Source: Haliotis rubra
Taxonomy: Eukaryota
Length of the DNA: 36,558 nucleotides
Assembly: GCF_003918875.1 (NCBI RefSeq)
Contig: NW_025766982.1
Location: 434,001-470,558 of the forward strand
Direction: 5' to 3'
In this document: one piece after another, positions 1 through 9,500 of the stretch
Position numbering within the stretch: position 1 is the first letter of the stretch
How the letters are laid out: each line of letters starts with the position of its first letter
Notes under the pieces: model-generated
What the model saw: the letters and a program-made list of their open reading frames with translations, nothing else
Told to the model about the DNA's origin: nothing
The model's database searches: none
Translations under genes and position numbers: made by a program

Positions 1-499
1 GAGGCTCGGCCGCTAGAAAAGTCTGGCGGTGTGGTACAGACTTGATATTATATCAATCACATTATACGTTACAAAAATACACTTGATAAGCGCAAAGAAC
101 ACATAACAGGTGTAACCAGTGACCCAGATGAATTGTGAATCATTGTACGACCTCTTCTAACAGGGCCAGTCTGTGACGTCTTAGTTAACCACATGCTGCC
201 TAAACCTCGACATAAAATATAGAAATACGATTGTTTAAAACTTTAAAATTAAAATCAATTTGTAAATGCCATTTTTCTTATGAAACAAGGAAGTGGAATT
301 CAGTGTAACCATAGTAGTGCCTCTTTTCACATTCACACGAGAAAATTCGGATCGGCTGAAAAGGTGGTCATTGTCTGAATTGGTTAATGAGACTCATGTT
401 TCGGTTTGTTTAAAAATAGTCTCGGGACAAATGGCAACCTTGGACCTATAGGACCACAACATACCAACACGTCCATTCATTCAACCGGTTTCAACTCAC

Positions 500-632
500 T
501 ACTTTTTTCCGTTTTCCATTCATCTTGACTGTAGCGGATATCTTCGAACTCTTGACCAGCCAAGGCGAACAGGAGGCGACATACCTCGGCGCGACCTTTG
601 AATTGGAAATACTTGAGCTTGTATGTCGGCAT
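500..632 (-). CDS. GST: Sigma-class glutathione S-transferase GST-A, first coding exon only (exons 2-5 lie beyond the left edge)
   Basis: ATG at 632-630 gives [44 protein letters not shown] plus 1 nt, then donor GTGAGT at 499. The 133-nt phase-1 exon has the same length as exon 1 of the other copies. Catalytic Tyr8, GRAE and Trp39 are present. The ORF track does not show it. Confidence 0.9.
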
Positions 633-689
633 CTTGTGTGTGATGTCTGGTCTGTTCCAGGTATAGTCGCTTCAGATAAATGATTCCCC

Positions 690-737
690 TTTTTATAAGG
701 CAGGGTCTTGTTGAAAGTGACGTGATCACGTGAGTCA
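690..737 (-). promoter_or_regulatory. Putative GST-A proximal promoter: TATA box, E-box and AP-1 site
   Basis: TATAAAAA on the minus strand at 697-690 (~60 nt upstream of the ATG), TCACGTGA at 726-733 and TGAGTCA at 731-737. Motif matches only. Confidence 0.5.
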
Positions 738-929
738 CCATGACTTGCGGTCTATGGACATGGAATAGACATGATCGTGACCTTCTACATGTACATGCAT
801 GATGCAACACTTGGTCAGCAGGGGGAGGTCTTGAACTTTTGAACGTGCATTGAGTATCAGTAAAAGACAATTCCTTTGAAGGTATACTTTGGTAAGCTCG
901 ATATAACAACGTAAACAGAAGTGTTAATC

Positions 930-3480
930 ACATATGTCTGATAAATGCATCCAGATACCTCTACAAGAAATATGCGATATTTTTTATGATATTTTGCTTG
1001 CATAACTATATAAATATGCAAATATGACTCTCATATGCGGTGATTTTAACAGTGGGTGCTTCACCGAGGCAGATTATATTGAAGGTGTTGACATTATTCC
1101 AGTTAGGGATGTTGTGGAGTATGTTGTAAACAACAGCGGTAGTTTATGTTTGGACTTGTTGGTGAGATCTGATATGTGTATGTTGAATGGGCGATGTGAT
1201 GGAATGGATGATTTTACGTAAGGGTTGAGATACGAAGACGAGGTCCTGGTGCATGTAGAAAGACCGCAAGGGGGTCAGGTAGGGCAGATACTGAGGTATT
1301 TAAGTCTCAGATAGACCTATCTTGGTGTCGTCCGGGTCTTACTGACAGGTGATGGTGCGACGCTAAACAAAGGGATGGCGTCAGCAGAGGTTTATAAGTA
1401 TGTTTCTAATTTTGGCTCATCCGTCATTGATTATTGTTTTGTTTCATATGAATGTTTAGAAAATTGTAACAATTTCAAAGTGCTGCGTCCGCCTGAGCTA
1501 GTTAACAGTGCTGGTTGCGTGGGCATGTTTGACGGGGATGTTTTATTGAAAATGTATCATTTTTTTCTTTCTTGGATGATGGGGTGAGTGAGTTTAGTTT
1601 TACGCCGTTTGTAGCAATATTCCAGCAATATAACGTCGGGGACACCAGAAATGTGCTTCACACATTGTACACATGTGGGGAATCGAACCCGGGTCTTCAG
1701 CGTGGCGAGCGAACGCTGTAACCACCAGGCTACCCCACCGCCCCTTGGATGATAGAACTGGACCCTCAAATTTGTGATACTGAAACTGAGGATTTTGAGA
1801 AATTATCACATCTGATCCACCTTCTGATCCACCACATACTCTGAAACAACTGTTGGGTTTGTTTAATCACTTTATTTCATTTTTGTAGGTATCACAACAT
1901 GTACTACATACATTTTCCAAATAGCGTACCTTGTAGATCAAGACAGTTTCTGTTTTATGGCACACATTTCAATATGGCAGAGTGTGACAAAAAGGAATAT
2001 GTAAAAAGGTTGTGGCATGGGTATTAGAAGGAGATGAAAAATTTCAGATCTACAATCTGTATAGAGAAGCTGCTTACTGACGTTATAGTTTAACGCCATT
2101 TATGTGCGTCTTTTTGTCTGGCATTTGCATGTATATATGTAATGTTTGGTAACAATAAAAATCAAGTTTAGTACATCGTTTCTTTTTTCTTTGTAACTAA
2201 ATATGATGTGTGTTACATTTGGTTCTAAATTGATTCCAGTTTTATATTTGATCCATTCCAACAAGTGTTACCACAAGCATTTTACATGTAGACAACTGTT
2301 GGATATGATTAATCGGTTAGAAGCGTCTGTGCAGGACCAGGCATATATAGGCAATAGTCATGATGATTTTGTGAAGATTGTGCATGATGAGATGAGTGAG
2401 AGATTAGCAAGGAAACGTGATGTTTTCAAGCAGGTTTTAGAAAGGGATACGCTACTACAGACCATATATTTGTACTCAACAGCCTAATAGATCTACTGAA
2501 GTCAACAAAGACCAAATGATACTCTGCATACATTGACTTTCATAAGGCTTCGACAATGGATCGAGAAATTGGACTGTGGCAGAAACTTCTCTCATATGGA
2601 ATAAATGGAAAATTATGTTCAGTAATATTCAACATGTCTGACAATATCAAATCTTGTATCAAATATAACAATGAAATCGCAGGATTCTTCCGCTGTGAAA
2701 AGGTGTCCGGCAAGAGAACATCTATCACCACTATTATTTTCTCTAATTTTAAACCACATCGAAATCCATATAAATTATTATCATTGTAAAGGAGTTACAG
2801 TGGAAGCAATTCCATACAATATGAAGATAATGCTGTTACTATACGCTGAGGACACAGTTCTGTTAGCTGACAACCGGGAACAACTACAACACTGCCTGGA
2901 GTTTTTCCACAGATATTGGAAGTTAACAGTAAACGTACTCAAAACCAATGTGGTCATCTTTGGAACGGGACCAGCAAAGAAAAGCAAAACATAAGTTTAC
3001 CGTTGACGATTATGTCTACCTGGAATACAGTTTCACCAAAATCGTAAATTCACAAAAGCTATTTGGGCACTTCACTATCAAGCATTAAAAGCAGTGCCTG
3101 TTATCCTCTCAAATGCTAGAAATGTTTTGACTGCACGGTCCTACCAATCATGTTATATGGTTACGAGGTGGGGGATATTCAAATATAAACATTTAAGAAT
3201 ATGTTCACAGGTTATTCATGTAATCTTTCCTGAAACTACGCAAGAGTACACCAATCTACATGCCCTATGGAGAGACTGGACGCCTTTCTATCTCTGTATT
3301 AATATTAAATAGCGAATAATTTGATATTGGTCTAAACTTGCTACTAATGTACATCGAAGTAAAATGTCAGTTATAATTCACAATGTTTTATCACAAATGC
3401 TAGAATATGATATGGGTGCTTCACCATGGCTTGCTAATGTTAAATGTATATTAGACGAATGCGGTTTGTCATTCGTGTTT
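930..3480 (+). mobile_element. Decayed CR1/L2-type LINE (APE endonuclease and reverse transcriptase remnants)
   Basis: Endonuclease motifs LICGDFNS (from 1030) and SVIDYCFVS. RT motifs IDFHKA, LWQKLLSYGING, LSPLLFSL and LLYAEDTVLL (degenerate YADD). Many stops, frameshifts and nested insertions. Confidence 0.8.
1581..1744 (-). mobile_element. tRNA-derived SINE inserted in the LINE remnant
   Basis: A box TAGCCTGGTGG, B box GGTTCGATTCC and an (ACTC)n tail. Target-site duplication (TSD) TTGGATGAT at 1572-1580 and 1745-1753. Confidence 0.85.
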
Positions 3481-3534
3481 ATTTATCCTTATATGTACGA
3501 CCGACAATGACTTATCCTCTGGCACTGGTTCAGC

Positions 3535-4110
3535 CTGATGTATCGCTCGACAACTCCTCCGACAAGATCACTCCCTCTGTCTATAGAGCACCAACACACT
3601 CTGACCAGTATATTCACTATCTATCCAAACACCATCCACAAATAAAACGAGCCATAGTTTCGACCAGACGCGCCAAGGCAATCTGCCACCCAGCCCAACT
3701 CCAAGATGAAGTAGACCACCTCAAAACAACCTTCATCACCCTCAACTTGTAGAACAGACCATAGTCACCAACCTCCACCAACGAAATGACCGTCCTCCTA
3801 AACCCGAACCAGCTCCCATCAGAATCAATATTCACTACCAAACTCAGATTAGCCATCACATCAGCTGACTTCTTCGAAAAACTGCCAGTGTTGATGTGAC
3901 ATTTTACTCTGACAAAAGCTTGAAAACTATGCTGAGAGCAAACGGCAGAGGCGGCAGCAACCAGGCTAAACCCAATCCCAAAAGATGCGTCTACAGAATT
4001 AGTTGTGATTGTGGAAGCAGCTATATTACAGAAACTTGTCGGCCCTTCAACATAAGACTAAAAGAATATAAAACTTCTTAAATCTTAAATCTGCCCTCTC
4101 ATATGTTTGT
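3535..4110 (+). mobile_element. Penelope-like retroelement fragment (RT C-terminus and GIY-YIG endonuclease)
   Basis: SVYRAPTHSDQYIHYLSKHHPQIKRAIV matches the PLE RT C-terminal region. CVYRISCDCGSSYITETCRPFNIRLKEYK is a degenerate GIY-YIG motif with CxC. The frame is disrupted. Confidence 0.8.
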
Positions 4111-4519
4111 TTACAGAGAAAAAGTCCGGTCACGTGATATGCAAATTAGCCTGTGGAAGTGATGTTATGCTAAGTCATCACTGCGCCGAAGTGTGATTCA
4201 GATAAACAAGCAACTTCCGTAGCCTGCGCTGCAGACAGAATTACCTGACAGGTGTGATTGGATTATTATTATTTTTTGTTTGTTTGTTTGTTTGTTGAGG
4301 AGTGTTGTGTTTTTAATAGACATCCATCAAGTACTTAAAACGAACCATGATTTTCAATATTTAGTGCCGGTATTTTGGCAAAATGACCTGTGCTGAATGT
4401 GTGCAGGGATATTTTCAAGTAGGTGCGGAACATTTGGTGCGGAACTGGGGTTTGTGTGTTCAACTTCCTGTATTCGAAAAAGGAATTGGTTAACCTGGTC
4501 AAAATTTGTGTTTTTGTAT

Positions 4520-5091
4520 ATATGTATATAGCACCGCCCGTACGTCCGTATGTACGTCCTGATTCTTGTTAACACGATATCTCATGAACTGTTGTACCCA
4601 ATGTCTTCAAATTTGGTGACAACCTACATTGGATGATTACGCCGACTCCAGTCACTGAAAGGTTGTATTGTCTTTGAAGATTTAGACATTATTCACAGTC
4701 ACCTGTTTTGAATATAATACATGGTTAAGACATTGAAAAACTCGAAATTGTAGCCTTCGAACTGAAGAATGTAGTGCCATTTCTTACAAATTTGATGTCA
4801 GGAATTAACATAACGGGTATCAGGTAGGGTAGAGTAGGGTAATAGGGGGTGGGGTACCCGGGTAGAAAATTTAGACCTGTCCCACCCCTAATACACACTG
4901 ATACTGACAGTGGATATGTGCATTCAAATCTACTATATTCCTGAAATATCTCCAGAGTTTCTGAGAAGTGACCATGACTAAAAACTACATCATACAAAAG
5001 ATAATCTACTGTAGACCAATAGATAAAAGATAGTAAATATGTTATTTTGCATGCTTCTTTAGCGGCGGGGGACATTGCCATGTTAAGGCAA
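4520..5091 (+). mobile_element. Non-autonomous Helentron/DINE-like (HINE) element, 5'-eroded copy
   Basis: CGTCCGT-like microsatellite, then 3' subterminal GCGGGGGACAT followed by the hairpin TTGCC-ATGTTAA-GGCAA. Paralogous to 11822-12433. Confidence 0.5.
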
Positions 5092-5397
5092 ACACATATG
5101 GTACTGGCTGTTAAAGGCCTGGATATGTTTAAGACAGTATAACGTTATTATGGAAGTCTGAGGGGAAACATTGGATTTTGTGTAACCTAAAACAACGTAC
5201 CAGTTATAATCTTGAGATAAACACTACCTTCACTGGCTCCAATTCCAAATATCATCTCAAATGTTTAGCTTTTGATTGTGCTCGCAAAACGCCATCCTTG
5301 CATCCATAGCGACTTTGTCGTGTTTTGAGCATACAGTGTGCCATGTTCAATGTTGTCTGAACAATATTATTTCTTCTCGCTGTGCTGCGTTTTGATA

Positions 5398-5550
5398 GAG
5401 TGAATTTAGTTTAGTTTTACGCCGCTTTGAGCAATATCACAGCTATATCACAGCGGGAGACACCAGAAATGAGCTTCACTCATTGTACCCATGTGGGGAA
5501 TCGAACCCAGGTCTTCCGCGTGGTGAACGAACGCTTTAACCACTACGCTA
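5398..5550 (-). mobile_element. tRNA-derived SINE (5'-truncated)
   Basis: Same family as 1581-1744, with B box GGTTCGATTCC and the shared tail. Duplicated at 12753-12907. Confidence 0.8.
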
Positions 5551-5864
5551 CGTTTTGATAGATACCATTGATAGTCTACGTGTCTACATATATAAAAAGG
5601 GAAGGGTCCTTTAATGCCAAAGTCAACATCTATAAAGGCTCTCTCTTTAAGTGTATTACTCATATAGGTGCCATTAAAACAATACATACATTAGCTATAA
5701 CGTATTGCGAATTATGCGTATAGTGGTATAATTGAATTTATCTGATAAAACATAATTTTATTTCACACTGTACTGGAAATATATAATGAAAAGCGGAATA
5801 ACTTCCTGTCTGCTTAAACGACAATGTTTTTAGGGTAAGACTGTTAAACCAAAAATAGGCAAGC

Positions 5865-5994
5865 NNNNNNNNNNNNNNNNNNNNNNNNNNNNNNNNNNNN
5901 NNNNNNNNNNNNNNNNNNNNNNNNNNNNNNNNNNNNNNNNNNNNNNNNNNNNNNNNNNNNNNNNNNNNNNNNNNNNNNNNNNNNNNNNNNNNNN
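5865..5994. other. Assembly gap (N run)
   Basis: 130 N. Confidence 0.99.
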
Positions 5995-6031
5995 AACAAC
6001 AATCAGAAAAAATTAACAATTTTGAAAAATC

Positions 6032-6037
6032 TTTATT
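6032..6037 (-). terminator. Putative polyadenylation signal of GST-B
   Basis: AATAAA on the minus strand downstream of the stop codon, conserved at the homologous position in GST-C (13420-13425). Confidence 0.5.
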
Positions 6038-6145
6038 TGTAAATATTGAAAACATCTTCTTCATAAGCACATGTAGCGAAGCGACAATAATACTAGCTCA
6101 TGAGGAACACAAAATCATGAAAATATTGACTCATCTTTCTCTTAA

Positions 6146-6347
6146 CTGACTGACTGACTGAGTTTGGTTTTACGCCGCTCTTAGCAATATTCCAGCAACA
6201 TCACGGCGGGGGACACCAGAAATGGGCTTCACACAATGTACCCATGTGGGGATTCGAACCCGGGTCTTCGGCGTGAGGAGCCAACGCTTTAACCACTAGG
6301 CCACCCCACCACCCCACCACCCCACCACCCCACCGCCCCACCGCCCC
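6146..6347 (-). mobile_element. Young tRNA-derived SINE in the putative GST-B 3' UTR
   Basis: Perfect 12-bp TSD TCTTTCTCTTAA (6134-6145 and 6348-6359), A and B boxes, and an (AGTC)n tail. The paralogous site near 13490-13501 is empty. Confidence 0.92.
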
Positions 6348-6558
6348 TCTTTCTCTTAAGAACACACAGCACTATATATATGTCAGGGACACAAAAGCTT
6401 GAAAGCAACCTTTTCCATACCTAATTGCAGTACAGTGGGTACTTTTCACAAACGGACGTGAATTGTTTGCAATGACAGGATCAATACGGTGACGTCCAGG
6501 TTAGATGTAGGAATCATTCAACGATTTGTGTAAAACGTTTCTTTATGATGTCACTGAA

Positions 6559-9500
6559 CTAGTTTTCTGTGACGGGCCTCGTGTCAACCCATTTCTTGAC
6601 TTTTGGGTTAGAAGCTACACTTTCCCGGCATTTCTTGACCTGCGGGAACTTGTCAAAGTCCACCATTGCTTGGATCTTGTCGCAGATGTCAAACACAGTG
6701 ACGTCAGCAAGGGTAATCTGAAAACAGATGACATTTATACTGCTGGGCCCACTTGCACTAACAGATCTCAGCACTAAATCTCCATTACTTTAACACGGAC
6801 AGGTTGTAGCTCTAACGTAGCTTTGTGCAACGGGTCCCTAGTCTGCTCGATCTATTCGGTGGTTTCACATTACTTTAAGACCAGCTGTGCGCATGCGCAG
6901 AGCGTGTAAAAATATCCACTGGCCTAGTTCCGGTTTGGTCGTAAACACACTCTAAAGAAAAGCTGTTATGAATAGTTTTTTACGTGTGACAACGGTTAAT
7001 GCGCACAGCGAGTCAAAGATTATAAAATACACAATGCCATTTAGAATTAATGTCAAAGATAAATGTGAAAGCACCGAATTCTCACAAAGAATGGTTACCA
7101 CCATTTTCTCAAGGTAAGTGGGCTTTTTAGCAATGCTACATCCCATACACTAAGAACGGGTCCATTGACTACTTGAAATATTCTCACAAAGAATGGTTAC
7201 AACTATTTTCTCAAGGTAAGCTGGCTTTTTAGCAATGCTACGTCCCATACACTAACAACGGGTCCATTGACTTCTTGAAATATTCTCACAAAGAATGGTT
7301 ACAACTATTTTCTTTTCGTTATGAAATCACACAGACCTACATTTCCGTGATTTCGGTGAAATGTTTGTATCTGAATTATTTGTGTTCGGAGTAGGATTGT
7401 GGATTTCATCAGCTGACGATGAATGAAACTTACATGGTGATATTTTCATGATCACTGGACAGGTGATTTTCATAGCTGTGATTCTCTTTCATATGTTTCT
7501 GATAGTGACAACAGCGACTGATAGATAATCGGTATACGATTGTTATGAACACTGTGATTGTGATGCCTATAATAATATTGTGATCTTTTTCACATTTCAT
7601 GAAGACAATTCCTGAGAGGGCACGTATGTCCCAGAAATTTTAAAGTAAATTTAGCTCTACCAAGCTTTTAATCGTAGTATGTTTGTTGTATGCGATGGCA
7701 AAATTTAGTACAATCGCCAGCGGCTGAAGGAATGGTGTAAATCCAAGGGTCCATGCAGGTAACACAAGTACTGTCCCCGTGGTCCCTAGTATGGTGATCT
7801 ACCTTCAGTTGTTGGCGATACTCAGGCAGTTTTTATATTTCCTAATTTGAAATCCAATTTTAGGGGTAGATGCTAATTTTAATTCTTGATGCTGTGATAT
7901 TCCAGTTGGTCTTACTGTACTTCGTCGACATCTATTTTTTTTATAATATAAATTATAAATAACAATACGATAAGAACAGAATCGGTTCTATTTGTAACAG
8001 TTATACAGTAAACTACGGTTATATCGAACTACAACGGGCCACTAATTTTAATTCGTTATAACTGTCGTTCGTTACACGACAGCTAAAACAGCAGGTCCTT
8101 GTATCTGTCAGTTCGTTACAAGCAAGTTCGCTATACACGGAGTTTAATGTTTGTATGTGGAGAGGAAGATTCATGTGGGTTTTGAAGAAGGACAATTTGA
8201 CATGTGGTTACCGATTTGCCGACGAAGAATCCTGTACTGCCGTTTTTCACCAGAAGCTTTTCCAGCATCCCCAAATACAGCGGCAGCTTTTCTTCTTTGT
8301 TCTCCGTCTTGAACTGCGCCTGTTCAGATCCAACACAAATTCCTTAAGGTGAGAATGGTTTCTAACCCCCAACTCCCGACACATTTTACTCGGAGGAAGT
8401 ATATATTGTCCTCGCTCGTTCCCCCTAGACCCGTGAAGATCCGGGTATGAAATCGATCTTCAGTAACCCATGCTTATCGTAAGAGGCGACTAACGGGAAC
8501 AGGTTGTCAGGCTTGCTGACTTGGTTGACTCATTTCATCGTATCCCAATTGCGTAGATCGATGCTCATGCTGTTGATCACTGGATTGTCTGGTCAAGACT
8601 CGATTATTTAGAGACCGTCGCCGTATAGCTGGAATATTGCTGAGTGCGGCGTAAAACTAAACTCACTCACTCATTGTGTCCCCCTAGAAGACAAGAACCA
8701 GACAGGGTAACAACAAGTAGCATGTCGTAACGTGTTTGTTACGTCGCCACGGTCACCACGTATAGGATGCTGACGAGTCAAGGCACTGTAGCTTACCTTC
8801 CTTGCTTCATCCTTCTCAAAAAAGGCTTTGATCATGGCATTTATAATGTCCTGGACTACACCCAGGACCTGGTCCACTTCAAGGGCTTGGATGTCTCCCG
8901 AACCATAGAAATCTACAACACAACACTCACAGTTAGAACAGCAATAACCAGTTCTCTATTAAAAAACTGCAACGATCATTGATACGCTAAAACGAGGCAA
9001 AGTGCGGCGTTAAATAACAAACATCTATTGCAGAAAGAATGAGTTTGAATCCCTACTGAATCTTCTTGCGAGGAATCTGGCAATGGCGCTGCTCTGTCCG
9101 TATGCCGCCCCGTCCACTTCCAGAACAGGCATCTGTCCGAGCAGAACGTCTGCAACATAAGAGAACAGACATTATCGATTTTTTAAAGAGGCTTAATATT
9201 TCAATTTCAGAAGCTTTCACGTACAAAGTGATGAAGGGCTACTTCTGCGCGCTGAGGTTGTGTTGACAAATTCAAGGAGAGTAATAAGGTCAAAAATGGA
9301 ATTCGAACTGACGATCAGCGGATCCTGCTCTGGTGGGTGCCTTACACCATTGGCCACCCTATATTTAGCTGGGATTTTCTGGCCTCCAATATACAAAAGT
9401 AACTGTTTAGAATATAGAACAAGGACTTAATCAACGAAGAATGTCTATTTTAACTATTGTATATGAAATAGATATTCAAAGAAACCTTTTTTGAGCTATA

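Noticed and set aside
520-909. 129-aa minus-strand ORF
   Set aside because: It overlaps GST-A exon 1 in a different frame and has no recognisable similarity.
1670-1744. tRNA gene candidates (also at ~6250-6340, 23600-23650, 23760-23810 and 32047-32115)
   Set aside because: A and B boxes are present, but there is no complete acceptor stem and each continues into a common SINE body and tail.
4125-4230. Cluster of E-box, octamer and ETS-like motifs; also searched for a hammerhead ribozyme next to the Penelope fragment
   Set aside because: No associated gene start is visible and no CTGANGA...GAAA core with stems was found; short motifs alone are insufficient.
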